This document shows positions 31,992 to 52,990 of a stretch of DNA of 64,000 nt, in pieces; within the stretch, counting starts at the first letter, position 1; every line of letters begins with the position of its first letter. A program made the translations under genes and the position numbers. The notes beneath the pieces are model-generated. The model worked only from the letters and a program-made list of their open reading frames with translations, did not search any database and was not told the DNA's origin. Source of the DNA: the human T2T-CHM13v2.0 reference genome, Homo sapiens; NCBI RefSeq assembly GCF_009914755.1, contig NC_060941.1, one strand, 5' to 3'.

Positions 31992-32506
31992 GAGTGCTCA
32001 CTGTGTGCCAGGAAGTAAGCCAGGTGCTAGAAACGGCAAAGGAGCAGGGAAGAGGCGGGTCAGCCGCTGGGTTGACCCTGGTTAATACAGGGTACGGATT
32101 AACCCTTCAGGCTCCCTTCCGAGGGCCTGGGCGGGGTCTTGGGGCCGCTCCTGCCCAGGTGTTCTTTCCAGCAATGGAAAGGGATTCAGCGAGGTAAGAC
32201 GCTTCCCCTCTCCTCCATTCAGAGAGCGGCACACAAGAAATCTACACAGTCTTCCCAACATGTACACACCCTGACATGCCCGGATGCATCTCACACTTAG
32301 ATAAACACACACGCACACAGTCAGAGGCACGGTCCCGCAGCTGTATGAGGATGCGGTGTACAGGTGCTGCCTACGTGACCGTGCCTTGAGTCGCCCCACT
32401 CAGCAGAAACCTCACTCAGCAGAAACTTGTCCACCAGTGATTGATTATCTCGAGCAGCTATTTGGCCAAGTCTTACCAAAACGTGAAAGCCACAAAAGAA
32501 AAGTGA

Positions 32507-32800
<294 letters not shown>

Positions 32801-32961
32801 TAGCCACGTTGGTCTCGATCTCCTGACCTTGTGATCCGCCCGCCTCAGCCTCCCAAAGTGCTGGGATTACAGGCGTGAGCCACTGCGCCCGGCCCTAATT
32901 TTTGTATTTTTAGTAGAGTTGAGGTTTCACCATGTTGGTCAGGCTGGTCTCAAACCCCTGA

Positions 32962-33393
<432 letters not shown>

Positions 33394-34900
33394 TAGCCGG
33401 GATGGTCTTGATCTCCTGACCTCGTGATCCGCCCGCCTCGGCCTCCCAAAGTGCTGGGATTACAGGCGTGAGCCACCGCGCCCGGCCAAATGCTACCATT
33501 GTTAAGTGCCAGGCGTCCCACCATGCGGGTCTTCACTGCGTATCCACGTAGCTGCACCACGCAGGCATTCTTTCCTCCCTTTTGCAGATGATGGCACCAA
33601 AGTTCAAGACTCGCCCAGGGCCACCAAGACAGTCCTCTAGACTTTGGTCTTCCCTCCTTGCCTCCTCGGCCTGGGGTGGTGGCGCCTCGGTCTGAGAAGG
33701 GTCGAGGTCTGGGTGCTGCTAGTGGCCCTGGCTCAGTCTCAGAGCTGCCCGGAGGGGGTGAGGATGGCTAACTTAAGGAGCACAGGCAGAGGCTTCCTGC
33801 TGGCAGGAAGAGGGCTGAGCTGCGGAAGGCCACCCAGGTGGAGTGTGCTGCACCTCCTTCAGTGGCCTTCAGGAGCTCTGTCCTCACCCAGGGATTGGGG
33901 TGAGTCAGGGCATGGGGAAACAGGCTCACAGAGCCCACCTGCTCACCCTGACCACCCCACCCCAGGGGACCCCAGGCTCCTAACTCTCAGAATCCCACAG
34001 TCTGTATTGGCGGAAGACGGGCTGGCACCCTTGAGTTAGGCCCCCAGTCGTTGGCACAGATAAGGGGAGCTGCTGCTGAAGGAGCCCGACGGCTGATTCT
34101 GTGGAGGCTTCTCAGAGCTCCTGGCAGGAGCCCCTCACCGCAGGAGGCCCACAACCCCTCCCAGCTGCATATCGGCTCACATTCACGCGGCTGCCACACA
34201 AGTGCGTCGGAAACTCCACTTGGCTGAACGTGATTGTGCTGCTGTCTGGGACAGTCTTATGCACGTGAGCCCAATACTGGATGTCCCGCCATTTTCAGCC
34301 CTGGGGCCTATGGCAAAGTGACGCCCCCCTCGGAGTGCACGGCAGGCAAGGAAGGTTTAAACGGAAGTTCTGACCAGGACGATGCTGGGTGCAAGAGGGG
34401 ACGGGGATGGAGCAAAACAGAAAGGATCCACCAGGGCCTGCAACCACGTCTTTGGCCCCGGTGAGGGGTGGGACCTTGTGTATAGGTCCAGGCAGCAGCA
34501 GCTGCAGACAGAGGCCTAGAGGGTTTGGAGAAGGCCGACCACAAAGACACGCCTAGACCCCAGAGTCTAGTGAGGAGAGGGACTGGGGGCAGTGTTTCGG
34601 CAGCAGACCCAGACCCAGACTCAGACCCAAGCCCCCCTCCTCACTGATCAAAACCCCAAGGGCAGGGAGCCCTTCCTGCTCCTTCCCGCCAGAGCCTGGA
34701 GGATGAGGGGCAGACGGGAGGCCCGGCCACTGGTGCCTGCTCCTTTGATCAGCTGTAGTCCCTTCCCCTTCACAGGGCACTTGTCTTGCTGGTTGGGGTC
34801 ACCAGGGATTGCTCCCCCAAGTACCCATCAGCCTCCAGGGCCCAAATGATTCCATGCAGTAGCTCTCTCCCCCTCTTCTGAGAAGGCTCTTGGCTCCCAG

Positions 34901-36175
34901 AAACGGAAACCATGCCTGGGCCTGCTCCCCTTCCTTGGGCTGTGACCCCCCTGCCACAGAGGCCCCCCCCCCGCCACAGAGGTCCCCCCTGCCACAGAGG
35001 TCCCCCTGCCACAGAGGCCTGGTGGCCCCTGAGCTGCTGCTCCGAGTGGAATGTCCTGGTCTAGAGGCCCTTGGCTGCTCCAGTGTCTTAAGACCCATAT
35101 ATGAGTGCTGGCTCTGACCTTGAACAAGCTCCTCCATCGCTCCAGGCCTCGTTTTTCAGGTGTATATGATGATAGTATCTCTAGGCCTCGTTTTTCAGTT
35201 GTAAAGCAGGGATGATCATATGTGTTTAACTCCCAGATTGTTATCAAGTCAAGGACAACAATAGGAAAACATGTCACCTGTCAGCTCCACACAAGGCAAA
35301 GTAGGATGGGTGACCCCTGACTAGGGGGTGGGAGTGCAGGGGGCACCCGACCCATCTGGCCAGCCACAGCCTCTGTACCCTGCTCGCATTTTCAGGCCTC
35401 AATCCCCAAGCACTGTTGGCCCTGGACTGTTTCCCCCCCTCAATTCTGTTTCTCAATGCCTGCTTCTTCCCAGTAAGTGCCACACCCTGAGGGTGGGTGG
35501 GAGAGTGAGGCAGCACTGCCCACTTTGGCTGGGACTGGGCACTGCTGGGGACAGCACGGGCCACGTCTTCCCCATCTCAAGACTGGCTTTTTGGCTAGGC
35601 ATTGTGACTCACGCCTGTAATCTCAGCACTTTGGGAGGCTGAGGTGGGAGAATTGCTTCAGCCCAGGAGTTCCAGACCAGCCTGGGCAAAATAGCAAGAA
35701 TTCATCTTTATGAAAAAGAAAAAAAAAATTAGCCAGGCATGGTGGCACACACTTATAGTCCCAGATACTTAGGAGGCCGAGGTGGGAGGATCCCTTGAGC
35801 CCATGAGTTGGAGGCCGTGGTGAGCTATCAGTTGCACCACTGCACTCCAGCCTGGATGGCAGAGCAAGACCCCAACTCAAAAAAAAAAAAAAAAAAAAAA
35901 AGGCGGCCTTTTCCCAGCTGGCAGCACCCTGGCTAGTTAGGGTTTCTCCGAATCTGCAACTCCTGTGTGATGGCGGGTCTCAAATGCTGGCAGCAGAGTC
36001 ACCGGTCAGCGGCAAGACCTGGAGTCTCCATTTGGAACCAGCACCCGGGAGCCTCTGCTGGGGGTGATCATGGAGCCGCACGTGGAGGCTGGTGGCTCTG
36101 ATGGTTCGAGCCGTTCCTCGGCAGCACAGCACACCCGCTCCTGAGGAGCCACGGAGCTCATGAGCGTTGGCAAAG
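34901..36175 (+). repeat. Local direct duplication, copy A (in SLC43A2 long 3' UTR), includes an AluJ-like element at ~35592-35901
   Basis: Aligns by eye to 50221-51730; near-identical ORF translations in the track (34799..35137 vs 49965..50402; 35328..35642 vs 50585..50899). Confidence 0.95.
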
Positions 36176-36274
36176 TGCTGTCAGTGCTGGCTGTAAGGAA
36201 ACAGGCTTGACTTTTAACTCAGCCTTTCCCAAACTTGACTATAATACTTTCTTGAAAATCAGAATAACCACTAA

Positions 36275-36556
<282 letters not shown>

Positions 36557-37122
36557 TGAGCCTCCTGCCTTGGCCTCCCAAAGTGCTGGGATTATAGGCG
36601 TGAGCCACCACGCCCAGTCTTTTTTTAAATATTTGAGTGAAATAAAGCCTAGGAGATATGTGTTCCAGGCGCCCAAGCTGTTAATGTGGAGCTTGAATGT
36701 GGCCTGGACCTGCCCTTTCCTCTTCTCCTTTCATCCCCCTCCCTGCCGCCCACATCCTGAACTGCTCTGAGCCTGCAGAAGAACCCAGCGGGAATCTTCA
36801 GGGTTGTGGAAGGGTGTAGGGATGGAAAGGGACCAGGATTCGCCTGTTTGGCTGGGAAAATCGGTAGAGGAGGGTGGCTCACACTTCTAAGATGTCTGCA
36901 CAAGCCCAGTTTGTTTGGGGGTTGGGGAGGAAGGTCTTTTCCTGGCCCACTGTCCCTCCCGAGTCAGCAGTCCCCCAGAGAGACGAAGAGCAGCTGGGCA
37001 CGGCTGGAGCTGGTCGGTGGCAGAGAATCTTGTCCTGCCTTTTCTTCTCAAGCTCAAAATAGGCACATGCAGCTATTAACTGATATGCCAGAAGGGGCAT
37101 CCCTTACCCGGAGGAAAATGGA

Positions 37123-37128
37123 TTTATT
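37123..37128 (-). terminator. SLC43A2: Proximal poly(A) signal of SLC43A2 (AATAAA), ~1.2 kb 3' UTR
   Basis: tttatt on + strand, preceded in transcript orientation by a U-rich stretch (37131-37190) that stands out from the GC-rich UTR. Confidence 0.75.
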
Positions 37129-37630
37129 GCTTTATAAAAAAGAAGTCTAATAAAACTGAAGAGAAAATAACTAAAAATCCAAACACAACTCACCCCTCTA
37201 AGCACGCCCAGGAGGTCTCAAGACACACTTCTGGGGGCAGTCAAGGTGGGCGGGTTGGTGGGCCAGGCGGACGGGCCTCCCCCGTCATCAGCTCCAGGGC
37301 CCCACGGAGCCCGCCGGCAGGGGGTGCTGTGGGCCTGTGGCCTTGGACAAGCTCCTGGCCCCACGCCAGGATGGCTCCTGGGCACTGGCCCAGCTGCAGG
37401 CCTGGCGGCTCCCGCCTGGTCAGTGGGGATAAGGGCTAACTCCTAGAGCCCACCCCGACCCCACACACCCCTCGGACCCACCCACGTCCCCACCCCGGCC
37501 TGGACCTCCACGTCTGCCGGCCACAGCCTTTCGTCCACCTCCACAAAAGCAGCTGTGTGTATGTACGGGGTGCCCTGGCGGCGGTCCTCAAATTCCCTTC
37601 AGGTGGCAGACAGAACGAGGGTGACAGTGA

Positions 37631-39181
<1,551 letters not shown>

Positions 39182-39297
39182 TAACCAACGCTCCCACATG
39201 TCCTCGGGGCCCTGAAGCCCCCGAGGGGGACCTTGCAGCTCGCAGTTAGCAGAAGGGGGCAGGCGCCCATGACCCACCATCCCCCGACCCCTCTTAC

Positions 39298-39845
<548 letters not shown>

Positions 39846-40949
39846 TGAGCCACCGCGCCCGGCCCTGCTGGGTGGTTCTGCAAAGTGTTTCTCTTTGGAC
39901 CAGCTCCAGGCCCCAGACTCTGGGGAGGGCCCACCCCACTCAGCTGTGCCCAGGGCCTGTGGGTGTCTGGCTGAGCCGAGTGGAAAGCGTGGTGCCAGCG
40001 GGGACCTGCGGTTTGGGAAACAGGCCCAGAGAGGAGTGTGGAGGCTGGGCTTGGCTCTGCAGTGCCCTCGTCCAGAGAAGCATTGAGTAATCGCGGAAAC
40101 TCAGCACCACAGATCCCGCCCCCCTCCCTCAGACCCTGCCAGGACAGCCACAGCTTCCTCCAGGCCTGGGGAGGGGCAGGCGGAGGGCAAGCGGAGCTGG
40201 GATTACCCCAGGGGCTGTTGCGGGAATTGGGAGAGAGTTCCGGGCTAAATCTTAGCACATGTCAGGCTCTGCTGGCCCAGAGGTGGGAAAGGAATCCCAG
40301 CAACACATGAGCTGGTCCCACATCAGAGACTGTGGATGATGATGTTTGAGTTTCAGTTTTTGGGTCAAGGCCTGAGCCAGAGAAGAAGGAACCACTGTGG
40401 TTCCTTTTATGTTTCTGGGGCTTCTTGGAAAAAGATACAGGTTTCATTTTAGCCAGGGCTGGAGAAAGCTATGGCCAGAGCTGGGCGCACTGAGGCTCTG
40501 GATGGGCCCGTCTGGTGTATTCTGGACTCAGTCACCCATGTTGCTGCCCGTGATGAGGGCAACTGGAACTTCCGCATTTAGCTTCAGGCAGCCAGAACCT
40601 ACCCATCCTTCCCAGTGAGCAGCCAGGGCCAGCCCCAGGACTCGGCTGTAGTGGCCCCTGAGGCCATAATGAGCTGCACAGGTGCCTGACCCTGGCTGGG
40701 GGAACTGACTTCGTGTTGAATGCCAAGGCTTGTGAGCACCCAACTGTCTGCCCACTGACCTGCTTCCCACGAGGTATGGCCTTTCCCTGAAACACCCAGC
40801 AGAAACCCTGGTACCTGTCCCCTGAAGCAGGAAGATGAGCCCTTCTGGGACAGGCTGACCCTGCCTCAGAGTCTCAGTCCCACCAGCAACCTCCCCCCGG
40901 CCATTCCCACACCCTCGCCCACCAGGCCACCTGCGGCTTCCAGGACTTA

Positions 40950-41075
<126 letters not shown>

Positions 41076-41129
41076 TCAGCCCCCGCCCTCCAATTCCTGG
41101 GGGCCCTCACCCCAGGGGCAGTGTCAGCC

Positions 41130-43100
<1,971 letters not shown>

Positions 43101-43901
43101 GGTTGCTGACCACGGCCTCGAGCTGCCTTTGCCCACCTCGGACTGTGCTCCAGGGTCTCCCAAGCCTGGTCACCCGGCCCTCCCAGCAGGTGGCTGCCCT
43201 CTCACCTCCCTCGTGAAGTGTTTCTTCGCTTTTTGTTTTGTTTTCTTTTTGTGGTTTGTTCTGTTTTGTTTGGTTTTGTTTTGGGACGGTCTCGCTCTAC
43301 ACCCCAGGCTGGAGTGCAGTGGTGTGGTCTCGGCTCACTGCAACCTCTGTCTCCTGGGTTCAAGCGATTGTTCTCCCTCAGCCTCCTGAGTAGCTGGGAT
43401 TACAGGCATGTGCCACCAGGCCCGGCTAATTTTTTTTTTTTTTTTTTTGAGACAAGGTCTCACTCCGGTTGCCCAGGCTGGAGTGCACTGGTGCAATCTC
43501 AGTTCACTGCAGCCTCAACTTCCCGGGGTGCAGTGAGCCGAGATTCTCCCACCTCAGCCTCCTGAGTAGCTGGGACTACAGGTGCACTCCACAACACCTG
43601 GCTAATTTTTATTTTTAGTAGAGACAGGGTGTCGCCATATTGCCCAGGCTGGTCCTAGTAAAGTTCTGTTGCTGTCTGTGGGAGGCCCCCTGCCCAGGAA
43701 GGCTGCTGCTGGCGGACTCCGCCAACTCCGAGAGGCACTTTTTAAGAGCCATCCTCTTGGCCACCAGGTCCCTGTGGTCGCCTTGTCTTCTGTACACAGC
43801 CCTGCCATCCCGCTCAGCAGCCAGGACCTGTTCCCAGGAATGTGGGTGGTGGGGGGGCAGGGGCTGCTCTTGGCAGTGTTGAAAGAGGGCTGTGCCCAGT
43901 G

Positions 43902-43903
<2 letters not shown>

Positions 43904-43938
<35 letters not shown>
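43904..43938. repeat. (CA)n microsatellite
   Basis: Read directly. Confidence 0.95.
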
Positions 43939-43942
<4 letters not shown>

Positions 43943-44761
43943 GCTGTGCAGGCCTCCCCACCTCAAATGCCTTGTTGCCTTTTTACAACTTTTCTTTCAG
44001 TGAGACCTACATAAAACAAAAAGATGACTGTCCCCACTGAGCACTGCCCCTCGACTGGACAAGGCGGTTAGGGCAAAGGTCTGCCAGTCTTGCAGAGAAA
44101 GCAGCCCAGGAGGCCAGGGAGGGCCGGAGGGATGCAGCACCCCCTGGGGCCGGCACAAATGTTCCACGGCCCGCTGCGCTCTGCACGCCCAGTGTTGGCA
44201 CGTACACACAACAGTTCCCACGGTGGGGCACACCTGGGTGTTCAACGTACCTCAAGGCCTCCTGTAAAAAGGGAGGGACTCTTACTTCCCTCCTGGACTT
44301 GACCCAAGATGCCATCTGGACTCAGGCTACACCTCTCTGGAAGGAAAAGCCACACTTGCGTCCCTCCACCATTTGTAAATTTAGGGATTGGGCCAAAACC
44401 TACTGCTAGACCACTTTCACAGACCAGTGGGTGGAGCCAGGCAGGTGACAAGGGCCACCTTACTCAAAATCTCTGTCAAAAATCAGGTTCCAGAAGCCTC
44501 AAAAGTTTGGCAAAGAAATTCAGTTTTTTTTTTTTTTTTTGAGACACAGCCTCACTCTGTCGCCCAGGCTGGAGTGCAGTGGCGCAATCTCGGCTCACTG
44601 CAACCTCTGCCACCCGGATTCAAGCAATTCTCCTGCCTCAGCCCTCCTGAGTAGCTGGGATTACAGGCATGTGCCACCACGCCCAGCTAATTTTTGTAAT
44701 TTTAGTAGAGACGGGGTTTCACCATTTTGGATAGGCTAGTCTCAAACTCCTGACCTCGTGA

Positions 44762-45166
<405 letters not shown>

Positions 45167-45530
45167 TGAGACTCTGGTGACAGGGGAGCAGATGCTCCCA
45201 CCAACACCACAGATTGGCCAGATCTCTTTGGACGTCAGATTCCAGCTGCTTGAGCCGATACAAAACAAGGAACTCTACAGCGACCCCACACACTTCCGGG
45301 AAATGGCATGATGGTGGTATCCACGGTTATGCAAGACGCCCCCAAAACCAAGACATGCCTTCCGGGGAGGAGTCCCTTTGCAGAAGACAATCCAGGTGTC
45401 CAGCTCACCTGCAGCAGCAAGCACAGAGCCTGGCAGGGAACAGGCCCTCCGCAAATAACAAAGGGCTGGTGGGCTGCTCGGTTGAGTGGAATGAATGAAA
45501 GTCATCATCTGAGCTGGGCACGGTGCCTCA

Positions 45531-46181
<651 letters not shown>

Positions 46182-46495
46182 TTAGGGACTGTGTCGGGGC
46201 TGGACCAGCACTACGGACACTCCCCGGCCCTTCTCAGTGGCAAGCTGAGTGTGACTCTCGGAGGGGGTCTCGGGTACAAGAAGATGGCCATCCATATGCT
46301 GCAGTGCTCTGTGAAGGCTGAGCTAAGACGACGGGGAGAGAAGTAGCAGCGTGTGCCTGAGCTGGCACATGGCAAAGCCTCACTTCACCACTGGCTTCAA
46401 GTTCACCCAAATCTTGCAGGACGCTGATAAGAAGCCAGATACAAGCCAAATAGGGGAGTGAATGGGTTTCCCCTTGTGGGGACAGGAGAGGGTAA

Positions 46496-46846
<351 letters not shown>

Positions 46847-47368
46847 TGATCCACCCGCCTCGGCCTCCCAAAGTGCTGGGATTACAGGTGTGAGCCACCG
46901 CGCCCGGCCAAGCACCCTCTGCAATTATCTCTCGTGAATGAACGATTACCGATCCCAGTCTCACACCCACGCAGACACCCTGGATGATCCAAGAACGGAC
47001 CCCAGGTGCTCACAGATGTGCAGGGAGTCCCAGGCCCACCACTTCCTAACTGTGCGGCCCTAGGCAAACTACTGCAAGTCCCAGCCTCAGCTCCCTCATC
47101 TGTAAAATGGGTATAACACTGGTCCCCACTTCGCCAGGGTGCTGGGAGTCTTCACTGAGATACTGTGCATGGAGTCCTCGGTGGAGGGCCTCAGGCAATA
47201 AACCGTAGCTTATTATATTAAGGTGTGGAGCCATGGAAAACAGCGTTTGGCTGGGCGTGGTGGCTTATGCCTGTAATCCCAGCACTCTGGGAGGCCGAGG
47301 CAAGCGGATCACAAGATCAGGAGATCAAGACCATCTTGTCTAACACTGTGAAACCCCTGTCTCTACTA

Positions 47369-47635
<267 letters not shown>

Positions 47636-47981
47636 TTAATCTTCACAATCATGAACAACTCTATTAACACATAATATGGTTATAGCAACTTACTACTCAA
47701 ACTGACCGGAATAAACCTTGCAGGCAGATAACAAAGGGTTGGTGGGCTGCATGATTGAATGCAATGAATGAAAGTCACCATCTGAGCCGGGCGCGGTGCC
47801 TCATACCTGTTAATCCCAGTACTTTGGGAGGCTTTAAGATGGTGTAGCCACTGCCAAGGGGTGGAGGGAGGGTGGTCTTAGGAGCAAAATGGTCTGCTAG
47901 CCATTGTCTGTACACTTTCACCTGTGTCTCTTTTTCTTCCTTCTTACTCAATGCTTCTTCTTTATTGTTTTTTCTTTTTGA

Positions 47982-48143
<162 letters not shown>

Positions 48144-48631
48144 TAGTAGAGACCGGGTTTTACCACATTGGCCAGGCTGGTCACTAACTCCTGGGCTCAA
48201 GCAATTCACTCACCTCAACCTTCCAAAGTGTTGGTATTATAGGCATGAACCACCCTCCCTGGCCAATTTTTAAATTTTTTGTAGAGACGGGGAGTGGGGG
48301 CTGGCCATGTTTCCCAGGCTGGTCTCCAACTCCTGGCCTCAAGTGATCTTCCTACCCCAGCCTTTCAAAGTGCTGGGATTACAGGCATGAGTCACCGCAC
48401 CTGGCCTCAAACTTTAGCATTTCCATTGCATTCCAAACAATTTCCATAAAGAGGGGAGCAGTTGAAACGCATGCTGAGCTGAATGAGTGAGTCTCTCTAA
48501 GGGCTCCGGGAGGAGCTGGAGTGCATTGCTCTCTCCCTCTGTCCCACCCACCCTGTGCCTGACATGCAGCTCTGGGGTCTTTCTGCAGGGGCTGCGGGCT
48601 GGGAGCCGGGGCACCGGCCCTGCCTACGCAC

Positions 48632-48770
48632 TGGTTGGCGTCTTTCTCCTCGGGCTCCTCGGAGGCGTCTTCACACTCCTTCAGCCTCCAGTCCATGATG
48701 TAGCCAATGACGGGGGCCGTCAGCAGGCACAGCAGCTGGAGCACGCCGAAGATGGAGGTGTAGAGGCCAA
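48632..48770 (-). CDS. SLC43A2: SLC43A2 exon 10 (139 nt; [46 protein letters not shown])
   Basis: Peptide in ORF 48379..48897; acag / gtgcgt; phase 1/2. Confidence 0.96.
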
Positions 48771-49667
48771 CTGTGGAGGAAGGCGCTGCGTCATGGGGAC
48801 GCCTGGCAGACAGCCCTGGAGCAGGGACTGGGCACCAGCTGGGAAGGGGCTGGTCCCCACAGGCTCTTCTGGGGTCTGCCCCAGAACCCCCTGTCACTAT
48901 GGGTCTTGCGAGGAGCCCGGAGACCTTAACTCTGAAGTTGAGGATGGAGCACGGGGCAGGTCACCTTCTTCTCGGTTCCAAATCCCCTGCTTGTTTCTAA
49001 GAAACAGCTAATGAAACCCAGAGTGTCACAATGGCCTTCCCAGAGCTCCAGGAAGTCGCTATAACTTGGGAACTCCTGTGACGGAGGCTAAGTGACGGGC
49101 CGTTAGTTTCTGCCTCTAGAAATAGCCCAGAACGGCTGGGCGCGGTGGCTCATGCCTGTAATCCCAGCACTTTGGGAGCCCGAGGTGGGCGGATCACGAG
49201 GTCAGGAGTTCGAGACCAGACTGACCAACACAGTGAAACCCCGTCTCTACTAAAAATACAAAAACTAGCTGGGCGTGGTGGCAGGCACCTGTAACCCCAG
49301 CTACTCAGGAGGCTACAAGGAGAATCACTTGAACCCGGGAGGTGAAGGTTGCAGTGAGCCAAGATCATGCCTCTGCACTCCACCCTGGGCAACAGAGCAA
49401 GACTCCATCTCAAAAAAAAAAGAAATATCCCAGAAAGGCACCGCTCACGGGGCTCTGATGTCAGGGCTTCCATATTCAAAGACTTAAAATGACAGTGGAT
49501 TTTCCAGGGAAGCAGACGAGGAATGTTGATTGCCCCAGTTTTACCCCCACGGCTCTAGCCAGGAGGCATGTCTGGAGCTTGAGGTGAGGAGCTTCTGGGT
49601 TGAACAGAGACTGGCTGGGAGGGGACATCACAGCATTCCCTGACAATCCCCCCCACCCCCCGCTTAC

Positions 49668-49679
49668 CCGTGGCCATCA
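49668..49679 (-). CDS. SLC43A2: SLC43A2 12-nt cassette microexon (TGATGGCCACGG; inserts VMAT)
   Basis: Minus strand: ctaac branch point, long pyrimidine tract with TGC motifs, gcag|TGATGGCCACGG|gtaagc; phase 1/1, no stop. Confidence 0.82.
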
Positions 49680-49789
49680 CTGCATCAAGAAAGCAAAAGT
49701 GAAAAAGCAGAAAGAAGAGAGGTTAGTGGCAGAAATCTCAGTGCTACAGAGAGATGGGAGAGGAGGCAGGCTCACTCCATGCCCAGCAC

Positions 49790-49846
49790 GCACTGCATTT
49801 CCCACACTGCGTTTCCCGCACTGCGTTTCCCGCACTGCATTTCCCA
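49790..49846. repeat. 14-bp tandem repeat x4 (gcactgc(a/g)tttccc)
   Basis: Read directly. Confidence 0.9.
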
Positions 49847-50220
49847 CCAAGCGTGACTCGGGGCGCTCAGGGGAGGCAGAGCTGCAGCCAGGCCTCTGGA
49901 AGTGGACTTGGGACAATGCCCAGCCCGGGCCCCTGCTGACATTCTCCTGTCTGCTGGTGCCGGGTCACAGGCGGACTGGTGAATCAGGCCTGTGACGTTG
50001 GCGGGTAGCGTGATGGGGAAGTGGCGGGCATGCGGAAGACCTGGTGCAATCAGGGTCCCTGTCACCACACTGCCTGCGGGAAGCGGCTCTGTCACATCTA
50101 CCTCCTGCTGTGCTCAGAGAGAGGGAAAGGTCAAAGAACCTGCCCCTGACGCCCAGCCAAGGCATCTGACACCATGGGTCTCCTCCAGATGGCCAGAGCT
50201 GGTCTCCCTTCCACTCCAAG

Positions 50221-51730
<1,510 letters not shown>

Positions 51731-52680
51731 ACCCGGACCCTGCAGCTGCCTCTCGGCCGGAGCTAGGGCTATGGGTGTTGGGTGTAACGGGTCACAGAAG
51801 GAGGAGGGGGAAAACCAGTGCCTCGTCTGCCACAGACCAACCTTCCTGGCCTGGCTTCCTCTACTTCTTGAAATTGACTTTTTGAACATACGAAACAGTT
51901 GGAAACATTCCTCCTGGGCAGCAAAAGATTTCTCAGACAGCTTGAGTAAAAGACGCTGACTCAGCAGCAGGGAGATGAGCCTTTCGAGGGCCAGGGACCA
52001 GCTCTCTCTGCACACTTTGGGGTTTCCGCCACTCCAGGGCTGAATGTTTATCAGGCTGGGTGTGGAGGTTTACGCCTGTAATCCCAGCACTTTGGGAGGC
52101 CAAGAGGGGAGGATCCCTTGAGCCCAGGAGTTCGACACCAACCTGGGCAACACAGCAAGACCCTATCTCTGCAAAGAATTTAAAAATTAGCTGGGTGTGG
52201 TGGCGCGCACCTGGGGAGCCCTAAGAGGTCAAGGCTGCAGCGTTCACATCACTGCACTCCAGCCTAAGCAACGCAGAAAGAGACCCTGCCTCAAAAAAAC
52301 AAGAAAGAAAGAGACATGATAGATTAGGGTTCCCCAAAGTGTGTTCCACAGATATTTTTTTTTCTTTTGAGATGGAGTCGCACTCTGTCGCCCAGGCTGG
52401 AGTGCAGTGGCGCAATCTCGGCTCACTGCAACCTCCACCTCCTGGGTTCAAGCAATTCTCTGCTTCAGCCTTCCAAGTAGCAGGGATTACAGGGGCCCAC
52501 CACCACGCCTGGCTAATTTTTTGTATTTTTAGTAGAGATGGGGGTTTCACAATCTTGGCCAGGCTGGTCTTGAACTCCTGACCTCATGATCCACCTGCCT
52601 CAGCCTCCAAAAGGGCTAGGATTACAGGCGTGAGCCACCGTGCCTGGCCTAGACTACCATTTTCACAGTAGAACTGGCTG

Positions 52681-52990
52681 TTATCTGGTTCCCTTTGCTA
52701 TCTTTTCCTTTTGATAAAGCTGGATTTCTCATCCCCTAAAAACCTGATAACTGATTCTTCACAAGTCCTAGGGTATCTTCACCTTGATAAAAACAAGGAA
52801 ACCATCGGAAAAAGTGGCACACCAGGGAGGCTGCCAATAAAAAGGATTTGGAGTGTTTGTCCCGCCTGGGGATGACTAAGGCTGACTCAGCTCAGGCCCC
52901 GGGGAAGTCCTGACTTTCTCTGTAGAATCAAAACCTCTAATCAGCTGAAGACCTGCCCTGTTTGGAAAAGTGGACTGTGGGTTATCAGCT
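52681..52990. promoter_or_regulatory. Candidate intronic enhancer: six WGATAR sites plus a MARE/AP-1 site
   Basis: WGATAR at 52681, 52698, 52712, 52745, 52785, 52982; GCTGACTCAGC at 52881; motif-only evidence. Confidence 0.45.

Noticed and set aside
35160-35260. ATGATGA box-C-like motifs here and at 50431-50460 suggesting a C/D snoRNA
   Set aside because: Antisense to the host gene, no well-placed CTGA with terminal stem, and embedded in MIR-like sequence
35930-35945. tagttagggttt resembling telomere repeat or telomerase template (also 51484, 61396)
   Set aside because: Only one or two units; expected by chance
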